Below are positions 32,145 to 42,369 of a stretch of 64,000 bases of DNA, one piece after another. The stretch is from a virus (Duplodnaviria > Caudoviricetes): positions 37,278 through 101,277 of the IMG/VR virus record IMGVR_UViG_3300014205_000006; one strand, 5' to 3'. Both the position numbers and the translations under genes were made by a program. Under the pieces are notes generated by a model, which saw only the letters and a program-made list of their open reading frames with translations, ran no database searches and was not told where the DNA came from. Numbering within the stretch: position 1 is the stretch's first letter; each line of letters begins with the position of its first letter.

Positions 32145-34472
32145 TTACCGGGCCTTGGCGATGTCGGCGATCATCTTCGCGAGCGGTCGCCCGACCGCCT
32201 CGATGCTCCCCTGCCAAGTGATGTAGTTGTCCTTGCCGTACTTCGCCAGCTGGCCCTTCTCGCTGATGTTGCCGATGGCGACGCTCCGGACGTCCACGCC
32301 CCGCTTCCGGGCCTCATCGATGCGCTTGTCGAGGTCGTAGTCGCCGTCGCCGTCGCTCAGCATGATCACGACGGGCTTCTCCTCACCCTTGACGGCCCGC
32401 TTGATCGCCCGCCACGCCCAGCCGAGCACATCCCCGTCAGGCGTGCCGCCCTGCGTGACGCCGGTCAGCCGGAAGATGTCAGAGGGCTTCCCGCCGGACT
32501 CCCATGCGAGCACCACGCCCGCGTCCGCGCCGGGCAGGTGTCGGAACGAGTCGCTCCAACCCCACACCGCGACCCGCGTGTCGGGCAGACCCTGCGAGGC
32601 GACCGCGATGGCGTGGGCAACCTGAGTCGCCGCCCGCATGTCGTCGGCGTGCATCGACCCGGAGCAGTCGACCATGAGCCAGATCAGGGTCTTGCGCGGG
32701 CTCGGCGCGACCCGCTGCGAGAACACTCGCGGGTCGTTCATCGCGATGCGGTGCAGGTTCCGTCCGTCCACCCGGCCCCGCTTCTGGTGCCGCTCGACAG
32801 AGTTCGTCCCGCCCTTGCTCCGCATCAGAACCTGTCGCACCTGCGCGGTGACGCTCGGCGAGGGCTTGACGTTGCTGACCTTGCTCGGGCGGGCGACGCC
32901 GTTCAGCGACCGGGCCACATCGACCCGGCTGTTGCCCTTGCCGCCGTCTTCCATCTCGCGGTCGGCATCCAGCGCTGCCTGCACCTGCTGCGCGATGCTT
33001 TCGAGGGTGTCGCCCCGGCTCTTGGGCGTGTATCCGTTCCGCTCGACAGACTTGTCCACATCGTCCGAGGAGCAGGGCGACAGGGGCAGGGCAGTCCCGC
33101 CGCTGTTCTTCTCTGCCTGGTCGGCAGCCTCGCCCAGTTCGATGTCCTCGTACTTGCTCGGCGTCGCCGTGGGGGTCTGACCGGCCCGGTTGGCGCCCTC
33201 AGCGCGCGGTGCGGACGAGTTCACGCCGCCGCCGGTGCTCGACCCGCTGCCGCCCTCGGCATCGCCGCCGGACTCGGCGTCAGAGTGCCCGGCTCCATCG
33301 CCGTCCCCGTCAGCGTCATCGGACTCGCCATCGCCATCGGACTCGCCATCGCCGCCGGACTCGCCGCCGCTCTGGCCCTTGCCGGTCTGCGACTCGCCAT
33401 CCCCGTCGCCGGGCTCGCCGTCGCCGGGCTCGCCGTCGCCGTTGTCGTCGCCGGGCTGGCCCTTCATCTTCACAGGCTCGCCGCTCGGCACCGCCCCGGC
33501 GGGCATCTTCTCGATGGTCATCGTCACGCCCATCGCGTTCGCGAGCGTCTCGCTCAGCGTCTCACCGGTCTGCGCGATGTGGATCAGGGCCTCGCGAATC
33601 GCCATGACGTGTCGTCGCGGCGCATCGTGCTCGGCACCCCGCTCCGCCCAGTCAATCCACCACTGCTTCTCGGCAGCGTCCACGCCCGTCCAGTCAGTCC
33701 ACTCCTCGTACCGAATCGCGCAGATGGCGATGTCAATCGGTCGAGTCGGCGCGGGCGCGTTCAGCGACTTGGCGACGTACTCCAGCACCGGGCGGAACAC
33801 GCCCGAGAATCCGGGGAAGTCAGTCGTGAATCGCCGCTCGATGCGGTAGTCATCGAGCAGGTTGCTCAGGGTCGCAGCGGTCTGCGAGCCGGGGAACGCG
33901 GTCTTGACCGCCTCAGCCGTGCCGCGCCCGTAGCGCGGGTGGCTCACCTCGTGCGCGGCGAGGCCGGTCAGGATGGCCGCCGCCTCGTCCACGTCCAACT
34001 TCTTGTCGAGCAGCGGGGCGGTCGTGATGACCACCTTCTTGCCCTTCATGTCCGTCCCGGCGGTCAGCGCCGAGTCATCGAAGGCCACGCTGTAGTTCTC
34101 GTCGCCGCTGAAGGCGTTGACGACGGTCTGGACCATCTTGCTCGCCGCGATGGCGCGCTTCTCGATGCTGCCGATGCCGTTCGCCGCGCCCCAGCCGTAG
34201 TTCCGCCACAGCCCGCCGATGTGGTCGCGGTCAACCTGCCGGTTCCAGTTCGTGGAGACCAGCGGCGCGCTGTCGAAGTCCTTGTACTTGTCGAGGTCAA
34301 CGGCGTCGTACGCCTGCGGCATCGCCGGGCGCAGCGCCGTGCCCGTCAGGGCGTCGGCCTCTTCTTCATCCTCGTCATCGAGGTCGTCCCAGTCGTCCTC
34401 ATCGTCCCAGTCCTCATCCTCGTCATCGAGGTCGAGGTCGTCATCTTCAAACTTGTCGGTTGGCTGGGTCAT
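32145..34472 (-). CDS. VWA-domain protein with HExxH metallopeptidase-like N-domain (CobT-like)
   Basis: AAHEVSH, NLLDDYRIE, G/D/E-rich linker, MIDAS VDCSGSM, GGTP, MLSDG. Confidence 0.85.
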   Translation of the reverse strand: MTQPTDKFEDDDLDLDDEDEDWDDEDDWDDLDDEDEEEADALTGTALRPAMPQAYDAVDLDKYKDFDSAPLVSTNWNRQVDRDHIGGLWRNYGWGAANGIGSIEKRAIAASKMVQTVVNAFSGDENYSVAFDDSALTAGTDMKGKKVVITTAPLLDKKLDVDEAAAILTGLAAHEVSHPRYGRGTAEAVKTAFPGSQTAATLSNLLDDYRIERRFTTDFPGFSGVFRPVLEYVAKSLNAPAPTRPIDIAICAIRYEEWTDWTGVDAAEKQWWIDWAERGAEHDAPRRHVMAIREALIHIAQTGETLSETLANAMGVTMTIEKMPAGAVPSGEPVKMKGQPGDDNGDGEPGDGEPGDGDGESQTGKGQSGGESGGDGESDGDGESDDADGDGDGAGHSDAESGGDAEGGSGSSTGGGVNSSAPRAEGANRAGQTPTATPSKYEDIELGEAADQAEKNSGGTALPLSPCSSDDVDKSVERNGYTPKSRGDTLESIAQQVQAALDADREMEDGGKGNSRVDVARSLNGVARPSKVSNVKPSPSVTAQVRQVLMRSKGGTNSVERHQKRGRVDGRNLHRIAMNDPRVFSQRVAPSPRKTLIWLMVDCSGSMHADDMRAATQVAHAIAVASQGLPDTRVAVWGWSDSFRHLPGADAGVVLAWESGGKPSDIFRLTGVTQGGTPDGDVLGWAWRAIKRAVKGEEKPVVIMLSDGDGDYDLDKRIDEARKRGVDVRSVAIGNISEKGQLAKYGKDNYITWQGSIEAVGRPLAKMIADIAKAR

Positions 34473-34497
34473 CCCTGCGTCCCTTCCCTACGAGGCG

Positions 34498-34526
34498 ATA
34501 CTACCTCGTACGTCGCATCCCGTCTA
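34498..34526 (-). promoter_or_regulatory. sigma70-like promoter TAGACG-N17-TAGTAT
   Basis: Exact 17-bp spacer; inverted copy at 34732-34760. Confidence 0.75.
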
Positions 34527-34590
34527 CCCACTCCGCGAACCGGGCGGCCACTCCGTCCCAGCGCCCCGCGAAGGCAGGGCCTCCACGGAT

Positions 34591-34619
34591 ATTGTACCTC
34601 CTATATCGCTCGCCGTCTA
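34591..34619 (-). promoter_or_regulatory. sigma70-like promoter TAGACG-N17-TACAAT
   Basis: Same -35 box, 17-bp spacer ending GAGG. Confidence 0.72.
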
Positions 34620-34731
34620 TACGCCCGTCGCCAGCAAATCATGGCGGTTGATACTCGGTTGAAACAGTTGATAACGGGGCGGAGCGCGCCCCATGGAGCG
34701 TCATGGCCCCGGAAGTCCACCAACGGCTGGG

Positions 34732-34760
34732 TAGACGAGTCGCGACGTACGAGGTACTAT
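34732..34760 (+). promoter_or_regulatory. sigma70-like promoter TAGACG-N17-TACTAT
   Basis: Same -35 box; spacer shares GCGACGTACGAGG with the leftward promoter. Confidence 0.75.
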
Positions 34761-34808
34761 TACCTCGGTCCACGGGACGCGCGGGCCGCAGGGAAGGACA
34801 CGCAGGGG

Positions 34809-35834
34809 ATGACGACCTACCACGGGGAGATTACGGTTGACCCGGTCACGGGCGTGCCGATGGCCGTCTGCGACATCTGTAACAAGGTGGTCAAGTTGCA
34901 GGGGCTCGGCGGCCACCGCCACTACTCGCACGGTGCCGGTGCGAAGGCCAACAAGGAGGATGTGGCCACGTCCAGCGAGACGGTCGCCGAGGCGGTCGCC
35001 AACATCACTGGCGAGCACAAGTACCGCCCGATGCCGGGGCTCCTCGGGCTCTGGACGGCTGTGACCAAGGGCGCGCGGAACGGGCAGCACCCCGCCAACA
35101 TCCTGTTCGTGGGGCCGTCCGGCTCGGGCAAGACCGAGGGCGCCAAGTTCCTTGCCGCCAAGTCCGGCCTCGACCTCGTCAAGGTCGATGCGGCCTCGAT
35201 GGTCGATGCCGAGTCGTGGTTCGGTCAGCGCGAGGTCATCGCTGAGAACGGTCTGGCGGTCACCCGCTACGTGCCGTCCGCCTTCGTGGAGGCCCTGACC
35301 CGTCCCTGCGTCATCCTCATCGATGAGATGAACCGAATCACGGACTCGCAGCGCCAGGTGCTGCTCCCGCTCCTCGACTCGACTCACCGCGTGATGAACC
35401 CGCTGACCGGCCTCGTCATCGAGAAGCACCCGGAGTGCTACATCCTGATGAGCGGCAACATCGGCCTTCAGTTCACCGGCACGAGCGCCATCGACCCGGC
35501 CTTCATGGACCGCTCGCTGGTCGTGGAGTTCGACTACCCTGAGGCTGCCGATGAGGTCGCGATTGCGATGGAGGCCACCGGCGTCGCCGAGGCAGTCGCG
35601 CAGATGTTCGTCCGCCTCGCGGCGGAGTCGCGGAACAAGGCCAAGGCTGACCCGGACTTCAACCCCATCTCGACTCGTGAGATCATCTCGATGAGCCGCC
35701 TCGTGGCCAACGGTCTGACCCCGGCGCTCGCGGTGAAGTTCGCCGTCCTGAACTCGGCGAGCAACGATGGCGGCGGGTCGTCCGTCCGCGCTCAGCTGGA
35801 GACCATCTGGCGAGGTCTGGCCCCGGCCTACTAG
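34809..35834 (+). CDS. MoxR/CbbQ-NirQ-NorQ-type AAA+ ATPase with N-terminal C2H2 finger
   Basis: GPSGSGKT, LIDEMNR, SGN, DPAFMDR, ISTRE; true start is the ATG at 34809 after a purine-rich RBS. Confidence 0.88.
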   Translation: MTTYHGEITVDPVTGVPMAVCDICNKVVKLQGLGGHRHYSHGAGAKANKEDVATSSETVAEAVANITGEHKYRPMPGLLGLWTAVTKGARNGQHPANILFVGPSGSGKTEGAKFLAAKSGLDLVKVDAASMVDAESWFGQREVIAENGLAVTRYVPSAFVEALTRPCVILIDEMNRITDSQRQVLLPLLDSTHRVMNPLTGLVIEKHPECYILMSGNIGLQFTGTSAIDPAFMDRSLVVEFDYPEAADEVAIAMEATGVAEAVAQMFVRLAAESRNKAKADPDFNPISTREIISMSRLVANGLTPALAVKFAVLNSASNDGGGSSVRAQLETIWRGLAPAY

Positions 35835-35881
35835 CGGCGAGCAGGGGCGCGGGACGGCTCGCGCCCCGTTGGAGGTGACGG

Positions 35882-38769
35882 ATGTTCATCCAGTTCAACA
35901 TGATCAGCGGCGACCGAAAGAGCAAGGTGTACGGGCCATTCGAGCGCGCCGACATCATGGGCGCTTGCATCACCGTCGCGCACGACTTCGCGGAGCAGAC
36001 CCTGCGCGAGGACGGGACGCTGTACTGGTCGCTCCTCTCGCAGCCGGAGGACGAGTGCGATGAGCGCGGCTGCGAAGGGCCGCACCCGGTCGTGAGCAGC
36101 GAGGACGCCGAGGCAGAGTGGGATGCGGTCGAGTTCCTCAACCTCATCGACCCGCGCGACGCCCTGATGCTCAGGGCCATCTGTGCCCTCGGCGACGCCT
36201 CTGCGACCGGCTTCGGCGCGGGGCCCGCGTACACGGAGGCTCTGGAGCGCATCATCGGGAAGGCATCATGAGAATCGTGAACAAGCACGGCATGCCGATA
36301 CCGGAGGGCGTGTACGCTCGGGCGGGCATCAATGACCGCTCCGCGCCCGGCGTCTTGCCGGCGCTCGAACTGCTGATCGAGCGCGAACTGAACGGCTACG
36401 AGGACGCACCATTCCATGTGATCGGCGACACGGAGATTCCGTCATGGGTGCGCGAGGGCGACGCGCGCGAGGCGCTCATGCCTCACGGAACGTGCAACGT
36501 CTGTGCCTTGCCGGTCGTGTTCGACGGCGAGTGGTTCATCAGCAGCGACTACTTTGGGAAGCGCCCGAAGCCTCACAAGCATGAGGTCGCATGAAGCGCG
36601 GCCACTCCCGGCACTCGAACCCGGACGGCTTCATGCCGCGCCGCTATGCGTTCGAGTCGCAGCACGGTCATCACTTCGAGCGGCCCATCCGCCCGACCTC
36701 CGCACAGCGCCAAGTGGCCAAGCGGATGCAGCACAAGAAGGACAGGCAACGCGTCATGACCATCGTCCACGACTGCGCGACGCCGCCGGTGTCGCTCAAG
36801 GCGCTCCGCGCCGCGCTGAACGCCCGCATCTGCCGGCAGGTGCTACACGACGGCGACGGCTCCGCCGCCGAGTGCGGACACCGCTACGATGCGCATCAGC
36901 GCTCGCCGGAGTTGAGCGCGCGCTTCGGGGTGCCCATCCACATCTGCGTCCCCTGCACGGAGGCAACAGGCCCGTTCGGGAAGCGGACGGTCATCATCCA
37001 CAACCGGGTCGAGCATGCGCCGGTCGAGGCCTAGCATGGCCGAGGTTGACGGCGCGAAGTTGGACGCGCTGCTGGAGGAGGTCGCCGGGCTCATCTCCGG
37101 CCTCCATGTCCCGCGCTCCCTCGGCGGTGGCATCCTCGGGACGGCGACGCCGCACTACACGGCGCTCCGCGAGTTGATCGGCGACTGGGGCTGGACGGAC
37201 GCCGACACGGTGAAGGCAAACCTCGTCAAGTACCTCGCGCAGGAGTCAGAGACGCTGTGAGCCATCCGTCGAACCCTTGGACGCACGCCATCTGCCAGGT
37301 GTGCTGGTACCTCAAGAGGGGCGACCAGACGCCCGCTCACCTCGCCGATGCGCGCGAGGACGCATGCTGCTACTGCGGCGTCAAGACCAAGTCCGGCATC
37401 TACGTCCGCGACAACCCGATGGAGGTTCACAAGTAATGGCGGGCAATCCGGTCGTGTTCGCGTCCTCGGCAACGACACAGAGCCTGACGGCCACCCGTAT
37501 GTGAGTTCGCTGGACTACCCGGCGCAGCACGAGGTCAACCCTGCTGACTGGTGCGCCATTTGCGGCTCAGACGAGGACGAGCATGGAGGCGACTGGCCCG
37601 ACCTGACCCGACCTGACGGTGAGTTGGAGCGGGCCCGGCGCTTGACCATCCAGCGCCTCGCGCTGGAGATGGCTGACGCGGAGACGGAGGAGGCATTTGA
37701 GGCGGCGCGCGACCGTCTGAAGTTGGAGATCCAGGCCATCGAGTTCATCGAAAGCGAGGCACAATCGTCGGTCGAGGCGCGACCTCAAAGCGCGCCGGGC
37801 CCGGACGGGCCGTGGATGGACCTGGATGCGCTCGACAAGTTCACAGGCGGCATGATCTTCCCGGTGGTCGAGGCCGGACTTGACGCCAAGACGTACTGGG
37901 AGCAGGCAAAGGCGCGAGGGCGCGATGCATTCAAGGAGATGTTGGACAATGACTGAGGCAGCACCCGTCAAGCATTGGTCGCGCACGCCGGGCACGCGCG
38001 TCTTTGCGCTCCGTGACAGCGATGACAAGCACGTGTACATGTTCGGCTTCGGCGAGTACGAGGGCGACTTCACGCCGCCGGGCTGGGCACGCACCGGCTT
38101 CGGCGAGGTCACGAGCACGAACCCCCGCATCAAGTTGGATGACGGCAAGACCGTCTGGGGCTTCGAGTGCTGGTGGGGGCCGGAGGCCGACTGGCCCGCT
38201 GTGCTCGAACGCTACGCGCCCCGGACGGTGGCCATGGTGGACGCGGACGAGTACCACGCCGAGGTTCAGGCCGCAGACCGCGCCCACGGCGGCTGATGCA
38301 GTACAAGCGCCAACGGCATCGTCTGATCACGGACATCGACTCGTTCGAGTTCATCATGACGATGCCAGAGAAGGTCAAATGGACGCGCCCGCGCGGCATA
38401 TCGGGCTCGTCCGTCGATGAACAGGCCGCCAAGATGGAGGGGAAGATGCACGCAGCAGTGTCGGTGATCACGCCGCACAACGTCTCAATCGAGGAGCGCC
38501 TCAAGGAGGTCGAGGCCAAGTTCAACGATGGGTCATTCGGCGAGGCGGGCCCGGAGCCGCGCCTTGACTCCATCCGCATCGTCGGCTACCGAGCACCGCT
38601 GGAGACCGAGACGCTGTTCAGCCCGACCTATGCCCTGGTCGATGCCAACCTCAACTGGATTGAGCGCGGCGACAACGAGGACGAAAGCGCTTGGAAGAAG
38701 CGCTACATGGATGCGATGTTCGGCCAGCCGCATGACGCCGTCATCCTCGTCTGCGCCTATCACGTCTGA
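35882..38769 (+). other. rightward array of about 9 small early/accessory ORFs
   Basis: Coupled ORFs at 35882, 36268, 36591, 37036, 37950, 38296 and others. Confidence 0.6.
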
Positions 38770-38837
38770 CCTCGGCGCTCCCAAGAGTCCGCCGGTAGAC
38801 TCGACTTGAACAGGCCGCACGTAGGAGGCAAAGGCAC

Positions 38838-39821
38838 ATGCGCTCTCTCGTCACAGGAATCGCCGGGCAAGATGGGTACTACCTCGCCAAGCACTTGCTT
38901 GAGCGCGGCGATGAGGTGAGAGGGCTCGCCCGCCGGTCGAGCACATCCGAGGCGCGCATCGTCGGGCTCTGCCGCGAGTTGCCCGGCCTCAAGATCGAGT
39001 ACGGCGACATCACCGACTCCGGCAGCGTGGCAGACCTTGTCCAGCGCTTCCGGCCCGACCGCGTGTTCAACCTCGCCGCCATCTCGTTCGTCCCGGCGAG
39101 TTGGGAGAACCCGGCGCAGGTCGTGGAGGTCAACGCCAAGGGCCTCATCAATGTCCTCGCCGCCGTTCGCTCGTTCGCGCCCGAGGCGCGGGTGGCGCAG
39201 GCATCGACGTCTGAGATGTACGGCGATGTGGACCATGGACGGATGCTCAGCGAGGACTCGCCGATGCACCCGCGCAGCGTGTACGGGGCGGCCAAGTTGT
39301 TCGCCCACAACGCATGCGACATCTACCGCGAGTCATACGGCATGTACATCTCCAGCCTTATCTCGTTCAACCACGAGTCCCCGCGCCGCCCGGAGCACTT
39401 CGTCACGCGCAAGGTCACGTCATGGGCCGCGCGCGTCGCCGGTGGCAGCACGGAGCGCCTCGCGCTGGGCAACCTCGACGCCTACCGTGACTGGGGCTTC
39501 GCGGGCGACTACATGAGGGGCATGATGCTCGCGCTGGAAGCGCCGGAGCCCGCCGACTACGTGTTGGCGACCGGCGAGATGCACTCCATCAAGGAGTTGG
39601 TCGCCGCCGCGTGCCGGACGGCGGGCATCGACTTCCTCAAGGAGTTCGGCCCGCTCGTCAGCGACCCGACCCTCGTGCGCCCGCATGACGTGAACCGGCT
39701 CTGCGGCGACCCCGACCGCGCCAAGCGCGTTCTGGGCTGGGAGCCCGAGGTCGGCTTTGACGACCTCATCGCGATGATGGTCCACGCGGACAAGAAGCAA
39801 GTGCTGGCACGCTACAACTAG
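38838..39821 (+). CDS. gmd: GDP-mannose 4,6-dehydratase
   Basis: VTGIAGQDG, NLAAISFV, QASTSEMYG, YGAAK, FNHESPRR, FVTRK, LGNLDA.RDWG. Confidence 0.92.
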   Translation: MRSLVTGIAGQDGYYLAKHLLERGDEVRGLARRSSTSEARIVGLCRELPGLKIEYGDITDSGSVADLVQRFRPDRVFNLAAISFVPASWENPAQVVEVNAKGLINVLAAVRSFAPEARVAQASTSEMYGDVDHGRMLSEDSPMHPRSVYGAAKLFAHNACDIYRESYGMYISSLISFNHESPRRPEHFVTRKVTSWAARVAGGSTERLALGNLDAYRDWGFAGDYMRGMMLALEAPEPADYVLATGEMHSIKELVAAACRTAGIDFLKEFGPLVSDPTLVRPHDVNRLCGDPDRAKRVLGWEPEVGFDDLIAMMVHADKKQVLARYN

Positions 39822-39830
39822 GACTCGCTC

Positions 39831-40337
39831 ATGCCTGGCCACCTGTTCCGCAAGTTGATCGATGACGTCGCCGCTGTGAAGTTTCACGGCGAGCACGATC
39901 AGTCAGATCACAACCCTCACGGCAGCGGCCCCGCCGGTGGCGCGACTGACAAGGAGGGCTACCGCGAGTACAGGCGTCACGCCATCGCCGAGGACGGGAA
40001 GGCTGTGGAGCGGGCAGACCTCGCCGTCCGCCGCAAGCACGGCACGACCCACCCTGATGACCCGCCCGAGCCGAAGTTGGGCATGAAGGTCAAGTCCGGC
40101 GACACCGAGGGCGAGGTTGTCGGCATCGGCTCGAAGGGCACGGTGATGCTCAAGGTCGCGGGCGGCGATGTGAAGGAGGTCTCAGACCTCTCGCTCCGCA
40201 AGATTGACGACAAGCCTCAGCGACCGCTGGCCAAGTGGGAGCAGCGTGCCGCCGACCCGAAGAATGAGGTGTTCGGCATGTCGCCTGATAGACCTGAGAA
40301 GCCGGCCAAGAGCATCTTCGCGCGAAAGTCACGTTGA
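39831..40337 (+). CDS. FH-HDQ-tagged protein with KOW/SH3-like beta domain
   Basis: AVKFHGEHDQSDHN; LGMKVK...GEVVGI...V.LK. Confidence 0.65.
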   Translation: MPGHLFRKLIDDVAAVKFHGEHDQSDHNPHGSGPAGGATDKEGYREYRRHAIAEDGKAVERADLAVRRKHGTTHPDDPPEPKLGMKVKSGDTEGEVVGIGSKGTVMLKVAGGDVKEVSDLSLRKIDDKPQRPLAKWEQRAADPKNEVFGMSPDRPEKPAKSIFARKSR

Positions 40338-40519
40338 TGTCAGAGCCGGAGACGATCAAGTGCGGGGAGTGCTCCACGCCCGTCTTCAAGGTGGTGGGGC
40401 CGAACATCGTCCTGCTCGCCCGGCACCACGGCTCTCCGCACACGACCGTCATCCCAATCTCCTCGCTGGTCGCCGGGCCCATCGGTGACTCTGCGTTGTA
40501 CGAGGCGCTCAAGCGATGA
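40337..40519 (+). CDS. small Zn-ribbon protein
   Basis: IKCGECST...RHHG..H; coupled on both sides. Confidence 0.55.
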   Translation: MSEPETIKCGECSTPVFKVVGPNIVLLARHHGSPHTTVIPISSLVAGPIGDSALYEALKR

Positions 40520-41451
40520 TCACACGACTCGGCGCACCTGTCCCCGCTCCGCCCGAGTGGCCTGTGTACCAGTTCCACGGCGACCATGATCAGTCGACAC
40601 ACGGCAATCGTGACGGCGGAAGTGCCGGGCCGTCCGAGCCCGCGCCCTCGCTCCGCAGTTGGCGAGTCAGCGACGGCGACACCCTCAAGCGCCACAAGCC
40701 TGACGGCAAGAACTGGACGCGCGAGCGGAAGGCGCTTCACGAGAGGCTGGTCAAGAAGGCGATCAGCAAGGTCGCGCCCGCCGAGGGCGGCAAGCCGACG
40801 CTCTACATGATGGGCGGCGGGCCCGCTGCCGGCAAGTCCGACCTCGTCAAGAACAACCTCGTGGACCACCCGGACGCCGCTCACTCGGTGAGGGTTGACC
40901 CGGACGAGATCAAGGGCGAACTGCCCGAGTACCGCCAACTGGTCGCCGTGGGCAACCTTGAGGCGGCGGGCATCGTCCACGAGGAGTCGTCGCACGTGTC
41001 CAAACGCGTCATCGATGAGGCGCTCAAGTCCGGTCGTCACACCGTGTACGACTCGACCGGCGACGGCTCCATCGAGAGTCTGTCGGGCAAGATTGCGGCG
41101 GCGCGAGCGGCGGGCGCCAAGCGCATCGAGGCGGACTATGTGACCGTCCCGACCGAGATGGCCGTTCAGCGCGCGCTCGCCCGCGCCAAGAACCCCGAGA
41201 GCAGTTCGTTCGGGCGACTGCCCGACCTCAAGATTGTGCGGGAGACGCATCGCAAGGTGAGCGAGGTCTTGCCACAGGCGATCCAGCGCGGCTTGTTCGA
41301 CAAGGTCAAGGTCTGGGAGTCCACCGGGCGCACGCCGCGTCTCATCGCCGAGGCGCGCGGCGCTCGGATCACAGTCCACGACCAAGCCGCTTGGAAGCGG
41401 TTTCTGGCGAAGGCCGATGAGGACGACGGCGACGGGACGGTGTACGACTGA
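40516..41451 (+). CDS. FH-HDQ-tagged zeta-toxin-family P-loop kinase
   Basis: YQFHGDHDQSTHGN; MGGGPAAGKS, VDPDEIK, VHEESS, YDST, GR.P. Confidence 0.82.
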   Translation: MITRLGAPVPAPPEWPVYQFHGDHDQSTHGNRDGGSAGPSEPAPSLRSWRVSDGDTLKRHKPDGKNWTRERKALHERLVKKAISKVAPAEGGKPTLYMMGGGPAAGKSDLVKNNLVDHPDAAHSVRVDPDEIKGELPEYRQLVAVGNLEAAGIVHEESSHVSKRVIDEALKSGRHTVYDSTGDGSIESLSGKIAAARAAGAKRIEADYVTVPTEMAVQRALARAKNPESSSFGRLPDLKIVRETHRKVSEVLPQAIQRGLFDKVKVWESTGRTPRLIAEARGARITVHDQAAWKRFLAKADEDDGDGTVYD

Positions 41452-41627
41452 TGGAGAGCCTACCCGAAGTGAGCAACAAGATGCTGCGCGCGGCCCTCGA
41501 CGGCAAGTCATTCGAGGATGTCGGCGTGGAGGACACGCCCTACAACCGGCGTCTGTGGGCTTCACGAATTGAGTACGTCGCCGAGGCCCGCCGCCTTGGC
41601 CTTGAAATTGAATTCGCAAGGGAGTAG
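41451..41627 (+). CDS. 58 aa ORF, candidate antitoxin of the zeta kinase (not in ORF track)
   Basis: TGATG overlap with the zeta stop; MESLPEVSNKMLRAALDG...FARE. Confidence 0.55.
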   Translation: MESLPEVSNKMLRAALDGKSFEDVGVEDTPYNRRLWASRIEYVAEARRLGLEIEFARE

Positions 41628-41631
41628 CATC

Positions 41632-42369
41632 ATGCGTCCGACCTCTCGCTCACTCAAGGCCGGCACGCCGCACAGCGCTCCGCGCCCGGCGTCCGCCCGG
41701 CCCAAGGCCGAGCCGCCCAAGCACTTCGCTGGCGACGTCACGGCGAGCCGCTTCACGTCGCACGAGGTCATCGACCCGGAGACGCTGAAGGCCCCGGCGC
41801 GCGACAAGCGCCTCAGCGACCTCGACGCTGTGAACGCTGTGAAGTTCCACGGCGACCACGATCAGAGCGACCACAACCCTCACAAGGGCGGTGGCGGCGG
41901 TGTCGGCGGCGGCGAGGCGGCAGCCCGTGACGGCGTGTCAAAGGAGATTCAAGCCGAGCGCTGGGGCAAGCCCGGCGAAGCGCCGTGGGACTCCAAGCAG
42001 GCCAAGGCTGCTCTGACGACCATCCGGTCTGAGAAGGCGAATTTGATGCGCGCGGCGATGGACCACAAGTCCGAACGCCTCGCCAAGATCAGTCCGGGTC
42101 GTGTCGAGCGTGGGCTGGACTTCCTCGTCACCTCTGTCAACGCAGAGGCGGAGTTTGGAGAGAAGCCGTCTGCTGACGAGGTCAAGCGGGTGTTGAGCGA
42201 TGTGCGCAAGTCGCTCCCCGAGGCGCACCACGCCAAGTTCGATGCGTTCGCCGGGAAGGTCAACAAGGCCCTCGGTATCGGCACCTCAGCGATTGAAGCG
42301 GCCTTCAAGAAGCCGCTGTCCGGCAAGGATGACGCCAAGGAGCGCATGAACCATCCGGGGCTCTGGTAG
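41632..42369 (+). CDS. FH-HDQ-tagged helical protein
   Basis: NAVKFHGDHDQSDHNPH followed by a Gly linker. Confidence 0.65.
   Translation: MRPTSRSLKAGTPHSAPRPASARPKAEPPKHFAGDVTASRFTSHEVIDPETLKAPARDKRLSDLDAVNAVKFHGDHDQSDHNPHKGGGGGVGGGEAAARDGVSKEIQAERWGKPGEAPWDSKQAKAALTTIRSEKANLMRAAMDHKSERLAKISPGRVERGLDFLVTSVNAEAEFGEKPSADEVKRVLSDVRKSLPEAHHAKFDAFAGKVNKALGIGTSAIEAAFKKPLSGKDDAKERMNHPGLW

Noticed and set aside
33230-33460. GDGE/SGGD repeats
   Set aside because: Low-complexity linker inside the VWA protein, typical of the family.
31875-34808. 1319-aa plus-strand ORF in the track
   Set aside because: The upstream part is the antisense shadow of the VWA gene and crosses the promoter region; the real AAA+ gene starts at 34809.
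35844-35867. GC hairpin after the AAA+ gene as a terminator
   Set aside because: The stem is present but has no U-tract, and the next ORF follows closely.
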